Assembly: GCA_963711735.1 (NCBI GenBank)
Contig: CAVQFA010000003.1
Coordinates: forward strand, 82,971 to 146,970
DNA: 64,000 bases
Source of the DNA: Candidatus Gottesmanbacteria bacterium
GTDB taxonomy: Bacteria > Patescibacteriota > Microgenomatia > UBA10105 > UBA927
Direction of reading: 5' to 3'
Below, piece by piece: positions 8,324 to 16,934 of the stretch. Below the pieces are notes generated by a model, which was not told where the DNA came from, searched no databases, and was given only the letters and a program-made list of their open reading frames with translations. Each line of letters begins with the position of its first letter. The first letter of the stretch is position 1. Position numbers and translations under genes: made by a program.

Positions 8324-9187
8324 TTACATAAGATCACCCGGATCAGTCCAGTTCTCCTGGGTGATGTGTGCGACGAGCAGCGGTTTAGCGAGACCGTCGC
8401 GGACAATCCAGACCAGGAACGGTCGGTCGATGACGAGGTCGGGCTTCGACAAAATCGCGAATTCAAGCGTGATAGCGGCAGCTGCAGCGCTTTTGAGTAA
8501 CGCGCCCTTATCGTTCATCTTGAAGATCGTCTGCTGCTTCGCCTGGCTGATCCTCGCCTGCTGACCTGTGTTGGCGGTAGTCTCCATGTTCAGGAGCCAA
8601 CTAATATCGACAAGCTGATCGAGATCGACCATCGGGAAAACCAGGTCACCAAACTCCCTGTTGTGCTCGAGGGATGCCTGTATCTGCTCGACGTAGCTCA
8701 CGAGGTCGAAGTCAGTCGGTGGTGTCTCCATGACAGTCATAAAAACCTGATCTCCCGACTTGGTGGCAATGCAGACGACCGGTTTGGGGTGTTTGACGGA
8801 CGTATAGTAGGACATACCATTTTCCATCCGAACACCGTCATAGGTTTTACCATCTGCTGCGCGAAACTTCTCCTTCATGCCCTCCACCTTCCATTTGAGT
8901 AGTAGGATCAGGGTGGCAGCAACGCCGAAAGTGTCCTCGTCGAAATCGTCCAGCGTGATGCTGAAACCGCGCTCCTGCAAGAAACGGTTAATGTCCTCCG
9001 CACTCCAACTCGCAATCGACTCGATCTCCGAGATGCCCAGAACCTCATTGCGTGTGCGGTCGAAAAACTCAGTCAGGAAGCGCGTCTGCATCTGGTTCTG
9101 GGGACGCCAAACGCGACCCTCACCGATGATGTCATCAGCCTTACGGATAGCAGCTACGATAGGATGCATACATACTGTAGTACTCAT
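8324..9187 (-). CDS. Serpin-like protein, short form (paralog B)
   Basis: 287 aa, a paralog of 7389-8264. LILLLKWKVEGMKEKF, VFPMVDL, the hinge KGALLKSAAAAAIT and IDRPFLVWIVRDGLAKPLLVAHITQE match the serpin C-terminal signature. An AAGGAG RBS sits 8 nt upstream of the ATG. Confidence 0.5.
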   Translation of the reverse strand: MSTTVCMHPIVAAIRKADDIIGEGRVWRPQNQMQTRFLTEFFDRTRNEVLGISEIESIASWSAEDINRFLQERGFSITLDDFDEDTFGVAATLILLLKWKVEGMKEKFRAADGKTYDGVRMENGMSYYTSVKHPKPVVCIATKSGDQVFMTVMETPPTDFDLVSYVEQIQASLEHNREFGDLVFPMVDLDQLVDISWLLNMETTANTGQQARISQAKQQTIFKMNDKGALLKSAAAAAITLEFAILSKPDLVIDRPFLVWIVRDGLAKPLLVAHITQENWTDPGDLM

Positions 9188-9582
9188 GTCAAATCTCCTT
9201 TAGAATCGTGAAAATAGTGAACGAAAAAACAAACGTTTGTTTGCCATCCGACCACTTGGTCGCCTCAGCTATTTGGTCCTGTACGGGGACACAAAATCAG
9301 TTTTCTCCTATTCTGATTTGTTTGTTTTAGCTTTGGTTGATGGCTATCCGAACACGATATACATCATGCCCGTGTAGCCACCAACCAGCTTCAGAAACTG
9401 GAGAGAAATAAGTAGTTCGTAGGGAGACGATTCCGGCACAACCTATTCCATATATCCAGTCACGAAAGAGCCTCACTATTGAGACGTTTCATATCTTGAT
9501 AATACAGACGGTCATACCGGTATAACTCCCTACGAGTATATTCAGTTGTTAATGTGCTATCACTTAAGAAACAAAAAAATGA

Positions 9583-9617
9583 CCCGGAGCATAACATTTG
9601 CTCCGGTTTATTTTTTT
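9583..9617. terminator. Bidirectional intrinsic terminator-like hairpin (CCGGAGCA-TAACATT-TGCTCCGG flanked by an A-run and a T-run)
   Basis: Seen directly in the sequence. It lies inside the 730-nt noncoding gap. Confidence 0.45.
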
Positions 9618-9654
9618 ATATCACTAAATAAATCGACGTTCTTTCTTCTTCTTA

Positions 9655-9705
9655 TCCCCTTTCGCTCTTTTGAGCTCATCAGTACGGACATACATCCGTA
9701 AAGGG
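9655..9705 (-). ncRNA. Hammerhead ribozyme motif (type III topology)
   Basis: The minus strand reads ACCCU-U-[UACGGA UGUAUG UCCGUA]-CUGAUGA-[GCUC AAAA GAGC]-GAAA-GGGG. The conserved CUGAUGA and GAAA cores are present. Stem I is 6 bp and directly precedes CUGAUGA, stem II is 4 bp with a tetraloop, and stem III is ACCCU/AGGG(G), which places a U-H cleavage site directly before stem I. Confidence 0.6.
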
Positions 9706-9922
9706 TGGTGCGATTTATATATTTTGTCTTGTGAGACTGATATAAAGGTTCGCACCGACCTATAAACTTCAAGAGTATAAAAACCGCAATTTTTCCCCGA
9801 CCTAGATTTGGTCAGTTACCTTTCAATCGCCGTCCGGCGAGCCATATTATGGCGAAAGGTCTGCTAGAGGGGGATCCCCGCAGTGTTAGGGGACACTAAT
9901 TCAGAAAATGTCTTTTCTATAG

Positions 9923-10711
9923 CTAGTTATCAGACTGTTTCTGAAACTTCGTCATGCGCTCTGCGACACGCTGTTCGATCGGTATCTCAGGGCTTTTAGC
10001 AAGAGATTCCAATTCGGCGGTAGCTTTGAGTTCGGCGCGAACTTTCTCTGCCTGTTCGGTCCAAACATCTGCTTCAGCTTCAGCGTCTTTGACCAAGTCG
10101 TATGCCTTCTTGATCTGTTCGTCGTTGCCATCAACGCCGAGTGTCGAAATCAGCTTGTTGGCATCGCCAACGCTTCGCGCTGTGCGCGACCGGACATCGA
10201 TCTCGTTGACCTGGCGGGCGCGAACGGCGATGATCTTTGCCAAATCCGTAAGAGCTGCTTCGACGTCAGCTTCCTTAGTTTTGATCTTGTTGAATTCAGG
10301 CTGAATGGTATCCACGCGGCCTTGAGCTTTAGCAATTTTTTCTTCGGCTTTCGTGACCAAATCAGCATTCTGAATGCTTGCCGCGTTATCAGCTGCGGCA
10401 TTGTATTTGGCAACATCAGCCATAGCTTCTGCCAAATCGTTTTGCAGGCGACGTCGGACTGTCTTGATTGCAATCAGGTCGGCGTTACCACGTGCTTGTT
10501 TGATTTCAGCATCGCGCTTAGATTTCAAGGCGCGATCCTTTGCGCTGTCCAGCAAACGCTGAGCGCGGGTTTTCAGCCCGAAAACGCGTACGCGGATTGT
10601 CTCCGCTAAAGGGTCAGGCGAGAGTGCACACCAGGCGGCAATAATCGCCCCAATGACCACAGCCAGTAAGATAGTTGTTCCAGTAGACATTTGATATACT
10701 CCTTCTTGCAT
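9923..10711 (-). CDS. Membrane-anchored coiled-coil protein, PspA/IM30-like (tentative)
   Basis: 262 aa: an N-terminal TM helix followed by a long A/Q/R/E/K-rich coiled coil. ...VRARQVNEIDVRSR...KDAEAEADVW resembles the conserved PspA segment ending in AEAEA. Confidence 0.4.
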   Translation of the reverse strand: MQEGVYQMSTGTTILLAVVIGAIIAAWCALSPDPLAETIRVRVFGLKTRAQRLLDSAKDRALKSKRDAEIKQARGNADLIAIKTVRRRLQNDLAEAMADVAKYNAAADNAASIQNADLVTKAEEKIAKAQGRVDTIQPEFNKIKTKEADVEAALTDLAKIIAVRARQVNEIDVRSRTARSVGDANKLISTLGVDGNDEQIKKAYDLVKDAEAEADVWTEQAEKVRAELKATAELESLAKSPEIPIEQRVAERMTKFQKQSDN

Positions 10712-10788
10712 TGATTTAAAAGGTTTTGTCTATGATTTGTTTGATCAGATTTTATTTTCTTTGGGTTATATCTCTTTTACTATCCTCC

Positions 10789-11400
10789 TTATGATGCCAA
10801 TGCTAGGATCAAAGTCGCAATTTTCACTACCACGACCATGATGACATGGCTATTGTTGTCCTTCATTGTCACCCAGTCACGGAATTCATCCATGTTGTGT
10901 ATAGAGAAAACGAACCGTGCAATCAGGATGGTGATACAGTCCCCGACAATCTCGCCCAAGGCTCCTCTGGTCATGATGCCATACAGATACTGATCAAAGG
11001 AAGCTCCTTTTATCGATACGATCAGTGCGAGAGTTAGGAAAATCAAACCACCCAGGATAATCGCGTGACTGTCATTCCGTGGGCTTTCGAATTCTCGCTT
11101 TATTTGACGAATTGGGGTATCCAACACATGGTAAAAAATCACCCATGCCCGCACAAAAACGATACCGATCACGATGCCCAATCGGATAAAATACTCCCCT
11201 ATCCAACCGGGGATATTCCCGAATGTTTCCGTCACCACATGTGTTGACGGAGCCAAAACATATTGAGCAATGGCAAATACTAAAACCATAAGGCTCCACC
11301 AAATAATCGTATATAACGTTCCGCTGATACCTCTAGTCGGAAAATGCACATGTTTCTTAATGCTGGCGCTCATAAATCGCTCCTTGATCTTATGCTGCAC
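10789..11400 (-). CDS. Integral membrane protein (about 5 TM), function unknown
   Basis: 203 aa with hydrophobic helices. Same strand and operon-like spacing as its neighbours. Confidence 0.5.
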   Translation of the reverse strand: MQHKIKERFMSASIKKHVHFPTRGISGTLYTIIWWSLMVLVFAIAQYVLAPSTHVVTETFGNIPGWIGEYFIRLGIVIGIVFVRAWVIFYHVLDTPIRQIKREFESPRNDSHAIILGGLIFLTLALIVSIKGASFDQYLYGIMTRGALGEIVGDCITILIARFVFSIHNMDEFRDWVTMKDNNSHVIMVVVVKIATLILALAS

Positions 11401-12160
11401 GCAAAATCTTGCCGCAGTACTGTTGAATGGTCATTCCTAGTGCATGACCCATCTTCCAAACACGATCCGCTCCAGCCTTGACGTTTTCCAGATATATGAT
11501 GTTCTTCTGGGTGTCTTCGGCCAACATGTATTTCACCATCATGCCGTTTGGAAGGTGACTTGTTCCATCTGTTTGTTCATACCGAAGATATCCGACGTCT
11601 AGTACGGTCAATTTCTGACCATTCCACTTAAACGAATAACTCCGTGGTACTTGATCATATTGTTCGCTGAAGGTTACACCGGCTTCATCAAACATGGAAG
11701 CGGATTCGCCCTCTAACACTATCGCGTTTCCTTTGTCGAACCAAAACCAGCCATCCGGACGTTTTATCAGCATAATTGTGCCGTCCAGAATAAAAACCGG
11801 CCAGTTTTCTCCCCGATCAGTGAAATTACGATCAGAACGATTTAGCGCGCACAATTGTCCCCTGCAGGTAACAACACGTTCTTTTCGTTCAAGAACATTA
11901 ACGCTATCTAAGTCGATCTCTACCGTCTCTCCTGAACGCAAATCTTCGAATTGCTTCTCTATAGGTGCGTCATAAGGAATACGGCTCATGGATGCCTTTG
12001 TTTCATTGGCAACCTGAACTAGAACGTTTGTAGATTTTCGAACAGTAGTGATCCATTCTTTCAAATCACGAATATGTTGTGGATTCGAGAGTAGGTAGCC
12101 GAGACCAGCCACCAACAATATCACAAACCCAAATATTACGAGTATTGTTCCTGTTATCAT
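11390..12160 (-). CDS. Membrane-anchored hypothetical protein (possibly DUF4178-like)
   Basis: 256 aa with an N-terminal TM and a soluble domain containing WPVFILDGTIMLIKRPDGWFWFDKG and YSFKWNGQKLTVLDVGYLRY. The family assignment is from memory only. Confidence 0.4.
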   Translation of the reverse strand: MITGTILVIFGFVILLVAGLGYLLSNPQHIRDLKEWITTVRKSTNVLVQVANETKASMSRIPYDAPIEKQFEDLRSGETVEIDLDSVNVLERKERVVTCRGQLCALNRSDRNFTDRGENWPVFILDGTIMLIKRPDGWFWFDKGNAIVLEGESASMFDEAGVTFSEQYDQVPRSYSFKWNGQKLTVLDVGYLRYEQTDGTSHLPNGMMVKYMLAEDTQKNIIYLENVKAGADRVWKMGHALGMTIQQYCGKILRAA

Positions 12161-12183
12161 GCTTTAAGCTCCTTATTTTTGAC

Positions 12184-13482
12184 TTACCATCCGTCATCAC
12201 TGCCCCAATCGTCGCTGGAATCCCAACTGTCATCACTGCCCCAATCGTCGCTGGAATCCCAACTGTCATCACTGCCCCAATCGTCACTGGAATCCCAACT
12301 GTCATCACTGCCCCAGTTGTCATCGCCGCCCCAATCGGAATCAGAACTCCAGTCAGTATCAGATCCTTCGTCATCAGAACTACCTGAAGAATCAGAATCT
12401 GAATTCCAATCCCAGCCTGAAGATGAACTCGGCGAATCATCATTATCAGAATTGCTAGGAACAGAAGTTGGTGGTGGAGGTTCAGCAGCAGAAATGCTCA
12501 TGTTTGCATAACTCACACATGAATTAACATGTGTAGTCACACTTGAAAAATCCTGAGATATACATGACTGATATGCTAAATCTCCTTCACTAATAGCAAG
12601 GTTATATTTGCTTTGCGCGACGATACTGTCATAAGCACCGATCAGTTGTGAGGCTGCAAGATTAATGGTGCTTTGACAATTTGCGATTTGTGATTGTGCT
12701 TGGTCAGCGGAGACATTGAGTTGTTCAGCGGTTGTTCTTGCTGATTCAACTTGATTTGCAACTTGTTGTGCTTGATCGTATGCTACAGGTTTGTCCACAA
12801 CGCCATCCGGAACGATCACTGTAAGTGTCGTCCGTGCGACATTAAGGCCTATTGATGCTTGGTTGAGTATGCTTAATGCGGATTCGTATGATAAAAGCGT
12901 TGATGACCCACATAAAGCTTTTGCAGGCAGGGTATTAATGTATTGTCGTCCTTCGTCAATGCTTGCCTGAACCCTATCGATATAACCACTGTCGATTTCT
13001 TGGGTTTTTTGATTAAGGATGTCATAGTATCGCTGATCCGTAGTACCTGGAGGACCAAGGATTTGAATAATTATCAGTTCTGAATTATTTAGAGCTGCAT
13101 CTGCTTCTTCCCAGTACTGACGTGCTAAGGTGCGGTTATTGTTTTGTAGCGCCTGCACACCAGATGCCCAGATATTATAGATTGTTCCATTGTTCTCTAG
13201 ATTGTCACGGGAAGTAGACAGTTTCTGCTCAAATCCTTCAGACCAATGTCGAGCAAATAGAGCTGCGTTTTGATCGAATTCATTCTCCGCGTTAGGAAGC
13301 ATTTGAAGCAGCGTTGTTCTGCGTACCTCAATATCTGCGAGCTTATTAGTTAAGTCACGTAAGTCCGCTGCACCAAACGCATTTATAATGAGTCCAATAG
13401 CTATGAGAACGATTCCCAAAGCGGCAACCCATGCCCACTTACTGTTGTCGACCTCGTGTCGACGATAGTAATAAACAGACAT
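12184..13482 (-). CDS. Membrane-anchored protein with a C-terminal acidic Trp-rich tandem repeat (DDWGSDDSWDSS)n
   Basis: 432 aa. The N-terminal TM is KWAWVAALGIVLIAIGLIINAFG. The C-terminus is encoded by 36-nt tandem DNA repeats. Confidence 0.55.
   Translation of the reverse strand: MSVYYYRRHEVDNSKWAWVAALGIVLIAIGLIINAFGAADLRDLTNKLADIEVRRTTLLQMLPNAENEFDQNAALFARHWSEGFEQKLSTSRDNLENNGTIYNIWASGVQALQNNNRTLARQYWEEADAALNNSELIIIQILGPPGTTDQRYYDILNQKTQEIDSGYIDRVQASIDEGRQYINTLPAKALCGSSTLLSYESALSILNQASIGLNVARTTLTVIVPDGVVDKPVAYDQAQQVANQVESARTTAEQLNVSADQAQSQIANCQSTINLAASQLIGAYDSIVAQSKYNLAISEGDLAYQSCISQDFSSVTTHVNSCVSYANMSISAAEPPPPTSVPSNSDNDDSPSSSSGWDWNSDSDSSGSSDDEGSDTDWSSDSDWGGDDNWGSDDSWDSSDDWGSDDSWDSSDDWGSDDSWDSSDDWGSDDGW
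12191..12330. repeat. Intragenic tandem repeat: 36-nt unit (CCAATCGTCGCTGGAATCCCAACTGTCATCACTGCC) about 3.5 copies
   Basis: Near-perfect direct copies seen in the sequence. They encode a 12-aa D/S/W/G repeat on the minus strand. Confidence 0.8.
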
Positions 13483-13842
13483 TTGGCATACCTCCTGCTC
13501 TGAACGTCAAGCTGGTTTGCGTCATCTTTCTATTGTTTAGTTGTCCTCCTGTATGAGATAAGTCGGATAAAATTGTATCAGCACTATAATAAAGCTGTAG
13601 TGCTTTCAAAGCCGATTGTTATCGACCCTCAAAGCACTACAGCAATCCCCTTTTTAATTTTTTCTCTTGAAGTTGTTAAGGTGCAAAATCTATGGTTTCC
13701 AACCCCACAATCACCCTTTCGGGTATATGTGGTTCTAATTTCTTTTTTTAAAAAGAAAAAGAACCACAAAAAACACTCCGCAAAATTGGAGTGTGGTTGT
13801 TTGGTTACGTAGCCATAGAATAGAACTCTCTCTTCGGGAAAA

Positions 13843-13890
13843 CAAAATAACCGCCGCCGGTGATTTCCACTGGCAGGCGGTTAAAATTTT
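13843..13890. terminator. Strong hairpin (AACCGCC GCCGGTG...CACTGGC A GGCGGTT) flanked by an A-run and a T-run; bidirectional terminator-like
   Basis: Seen directly in the sequence. Confidence 0.4.
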
Positions 13891-14108
13891 GAGGCACAAT
13901 TGCCCCAACCCCCAAAGATTTGAGTAAACGGAATTATACCTGACACTACTCTCACTGTCAATCACTATAGGGTATTTTATGTTAAAAAACCTTGGCTTGC
14001 ATTGAGGTTAATCAGCAGAACATATATATATTGATATGTCGGAAGTTTGATTTTCTTGCTTTTTCGTTGACTTCTGTCTTTCAGTCCCCATACAGTAGAA
14101 CTAGGCAT

Positions 14109-14672
14109 ATGAAATCAAAGAAAAAACCGGGTTTTCACATTTCAAATACCCTTCTCATTGTTCTTCTCCTGGCTAACGTTCTCATTCTCGACATTTGGGT
14201 TGTAACCCATTATCTTTGGGGTTCTCCTTCGGTACTCGGTGTTTCAAGTGATGCGTGTCCGCAATCGTGCATCGACAGGATAAACCGTACGTCAGGGTCC
14301 GCATCATCCTCCAAAGAATACTTCGTGCCGCTCGGGTCAGGAACAGGCACATCCAAAGAATGGGCGGATGTTTCCGGGGCACAGGCGTATATCGACAGCA
14401 CTCTCTACCCCGCCGGAAAGACTGTGACATTTGAGGTAACCCTTACGATTCCGGCAGGAAACCAGATCGTATGGGTGCGCCTCTATAACGCCACAGACAA
14501 ACACCCTGTATGGTTCTCGGAACTGTCTATGGAAGGATCCGGTCCGCGCGCGCTTATTTCAGGTCCCATTACCCTTGATTCGGGGAAAAAACTCTACGTC
14601 GTACAGCTTAAAACCCAACTCGGAACGCTTACAAACGTACTCCAGTCACGCATCCGCATTGTAGCGAAATAA
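14109..14672 (+). CDS. Secreted/membrane-anchored hypothetical protein
   Basis: Start taken at MKSKKKPGFHISNTLLIVLLLANVLIL (signal/TM), not at the track start 13992. No recognisable domain. Confidence 0.45.
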   Translation: MKSKKKPGFHISNTLLIVLLLANVLILDIWVVTHYLWGSPSVLGVSSDACPQSCIDRINRTSGSASSSKEYFVPLGSGTGTSKEWADVSGAQAYIDSTLYPAGKTVTFEVTLTIPAGNQIVWVRLYNATDKHPVWFSELSMEGSGPRALISGPITLDSGKKLYVVQLKTQLGTLTNVLQSRIRIVAK

Positions 14673-14699
14673 AGGCAATATTCGAACGCAAAATCATTG

Positions 14700-14771
14700 T
14701 GCCAGAGGAGAGGATCGGACTCTCGACGCCACGCTTATGAAGCGTGTGCTCTACCACTGAGCTACTCTGGC
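14700..14771 (-). tRNA. tRNA-Met (anticodon CAT), elongator-type
   Basis: Minus strand reads GCCAGAG-TA-GCTC-AGTGGTA-GAGC-A-CACGC-TTCATAA-GCGTG-GCGTC-GAGAG-TCCGATC-CTCTC-CTCTGGC-A. Acceptor and all arms are perfect; CCA is not encoded. The overlapping track ORF 14697-14882 is spurious. Confidence 0.9.
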
Positions 14772-14890
14772 CTGACGGAAAATGATAAAGTTCCAAAACA
14801 GAGCTCCATTATTCTACGAAATATAACCGTGTTTCGCAATTCGGATAATAAATCCAGCTCGTTCTTCTCTACCCGCGTTTAAGTCTTTTT

Positions 14891-15256
14891 TCAAAAGAAC
14901 AGCTTCCACCACTCTTTCCAGTATGGTTTATTAAATGTTTTTTCGCGAATACTGTTTCCGTCTCCTGCCCCGTTTGATTCAGGAGGTGCGACGAAAATGA
15001 CTGTTTCCCCCGGTTTAGCAAGACCGAGCTTGTTTCTCGCTTCCTCTTCAATATAATCCGGGTCATTTGACCGTTCCAGTTCCCGCTTCAGTTCCGTATT
15101 TTCTTTCTGCACCCGCATAAGCTCTTTTTCCCTGTCTGTTACGATATCGCGTTTTTGCCATACATCATAGGCAGATTTCCCCATGTTGTAAGCGAGGCTG
15201 GCGCTTAGAATAAAAATTACCAGTAAAACGGGTGTGTTATGTATAATTTTTTTCAT
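14891..15256 (-). CDS. ftsB: Cell division protein FtsB/DivIC (septum formation initiator)
   Basis: 121 aa: N-terminal TM, coiled coil, and the family signature YIEEEARNKLGLAKPGE. Confidence 0.75.
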   Translation of the reverse strand: MKKIIHNTPVLLVIFILSASLAYNMGKSAYDVWQKRDIVTDREKELMRVQKENTELKRELERSNDPDYIEEEARNKLGLAKPGETVIFVAPPESNGAGDGNSIREKTFNKPYWKEWWKLFF

Positions 15257-15418
15257 TATTCACCTCTTGCAGACCAGCTTGAAATATGATATTATAGGCT
15301 TCGTAGACTGTTTTTGAAGCGTTTTTATGCTCCAAAATGGCTTTTTAAATAAAGTCATGTCTATTTACAGTTTTTATTATATACAAATCAAATACTTTCC
15401 TGCTAAACCTATAATAAT

Positions 15419-16279
15419 ATGTCCCTAGACCTGAAGACCGCTCATGCCCAATTTATCGAACACCTTACCTCACGCAGACGTGCCCGCGCTACCATCATAG
15501 CATACGCCAAGGACATCGATCAGGTGCTTGCATACCTTACAAATGCCGGAAAAAAGGATGTGACTGACGTGACGCGTGATGAAATCGAAGCGTTTCTGAA
15601 AAAACTGTCAAGCGACAGCTACACACCCAAGTCCGTTTCACGGAAAATCAACTCGATCAAGACATTTTTCCGGTTTCTCAAATCATCCGGTGCTATTACG
15701 GCTGATCCGGCAATTGAGATAGAGCATCCCAAATACGAAGTCAAACCGCCCCGGATTCTGTCTAAACTGGAGTACCGCGCCCTTCGGGATGCGTGCCGCG
15801 GTGATCTTCGTACTCATGCAATCGTTGAACTTTTTCTCCAGACAGGAGTGAGGATCGGAGAACTGGCTAATCTGACTCTAACGGACATCAAAGAAACAGA
15901 ACTTCATATCGCGCCTGAGGAAGGTCACGCAGAACGCATGGTTCCTTTAAATAAAGCAGCTAAAGATGCTCTCAACAGCTATCTTGCACAGAGAAATTCC
16001 AACGGTACAAGCCAGGCTCTTTTTATCACAAAAACAGGCAAGCCGCTTCTTATCAGAAACATCCGTACTGCAATTGACCGGTATTTCCGTGTGGCAGGTA
16101 TTGAGGGAGCCAAAGTCAATGACCTTCGGCATACATTCATCGCCCACCACCTCATTGCCGGTACACCCATCACAACCCTGTCAAAACTTGTCGGACATAA
16201 ACGTTTATCCACAACGGAAAAGTACCTGGATCTCGTCAAGGATAAGCAGACGGAAAACGTGAAGCTTGATGAGTTATAA
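15419..16279 (+). CDS. xerD: Tyrosine recombinase XerC/XerD-like
   Basis: 286 aa. The N-terminal SAM-like domain reads TIIAYAKDIDQVLAYL. The catalytic region LRHTFIAHHLIAGTPITTLSKLVGHKRLSTTEKYLDL carries the R..H..R..Y motifs. Confidence 0.8.
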   Translation: MSLDLKTAHAQFIEHLTSRRRARATIIAYAKDIDQVLAYLTNAGKKDVTDVTRDEIEAFLKKLSSDSYTPKSVSRKINSIKTFFRFLKSSGAITADPAIEIEHPKYEVKPPRILSKLEYRALRDACRGDLRTHAIVELFLQTGVRIGELANLTLTDIKETELHIAPEEGHAERMVPLNKAAKDALNSYLAQRNSNGTSQALFITKTGKPLLIRNIRTAIDRYFRVAGIEGAKVNDLRHTFIAHHLIAGTPITTLSKLVGHKRLSTTEKYLDLVKDKQTENVKLDEL

Positions 16280-16284
16280 GGTAA

Positions 16285-16911
16285 TTAAACCGTCCCGAAG
16301 TACCTGTCTCCGAAGTCTCCGAGTCCCGGAACTATGTATTTTTTATCATTGAGGTTCCTGTCAATTGCAGCCGTGTAAATTTCCACGTCCGGATGTTCTT
16401 TTTGTATGCGTGTAATTCCTTCCGGTGCTGATACGATACAAACGAGCGTAATCTTTTTTGCTCCCATTTCTTTTATTGCCTTCACCGTATCGTCAAATGA
16501 TCCGCCGGTTGCAAGCATCGGATCAAGAATAACGACATTTCCTTTGGTGACCATTTTGGGAATTTTTTTGTAGTATTCGCGTGCAATAGCTGTTGTTTCA
16601 TCCCGCTCAAGCCCGATAAATCCGACGGAGATTGCGGGAAGAAAATCCTGTATGGCAAAAAGCATGGCAAGTCCTGCACGAAGAACCGGCACCACAACCA
16701 CATCGTCTTTAAGTTCCCTGCCGTCTGTCCAGGCAAGCGGTGTTTCTATATGAATGGTGTGTACCTTCAGGTGTTTGATTGCCTCCAGAACCACGATTTT
16801 TGATACGATTGCCGCATGCCGGCGGAACTCTTCTGTTTTCGTGTGTTTATTCCTCAGAATTGTGAGAGAGTGGTCAATGAGAGGATGTTTGATTGTGTGT
16901 ATATGTGTCAT
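16285..16911 (-). CDS. upp: Uracil phosphoribosyltransferase
   Basis: 208 aa with motifs VLRAG, VVILDPMLATGGS and GLGDFGDRYFGT. Confidence 0.9.
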   Translation of the reverse strand: MTHIHTIKHPLIDHSLTILRNKHTKTEEFRRHAAIVSKIVVLEAIKHLKVHTIHIETPLAWTDGRELKDDVVVVPVLRAGLAMLFAIQDFLPAISVGFIGLERDETTAIAREYYKKIPKMVTKGNVVILDPMLATGGSFDDTVKAIKEMGAKKITLVCIVSAPEGITRIQKEHPDVEIYTAAIDRNLNDKKYIVPGLGDFGDRYFGTV

Positions 16912-16934
16912 AAATATTTAATATATGTCGTTTG

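Noticed and set aside
9698-9760. RNase P RNA CR-IV-like string AAAGGGTGGTGCGA ... TCGCACC
   Set aside because: CR-I (GGAAAGTCCGGGC) and CR-V (ACAGAAnCCGGCTTA) are absent on both strands. It is better explained as a hairpin adjacent to the hammerhead.
9840-9852. dif-like Xer site (GCCATA-T-TATGGC)
   Set aside because: The central spacer is only 1 bp, against 6-8 bp in dif sites, and the arms are too short.
12079-12511. Possible CRISPR-like array from the regularly spaced 36-nt repeats
   Set aside because: The repeats are contiguous with no spacers, and they lie inside a long ORF that they translate into a periodic peptide. No cas genes are nearby.
14697-14882. Track ORF overlapping the tRNA-Met gene
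   Set aside because: Fully explained by the tRNA on the opposite strand plus an intergenic stretch.
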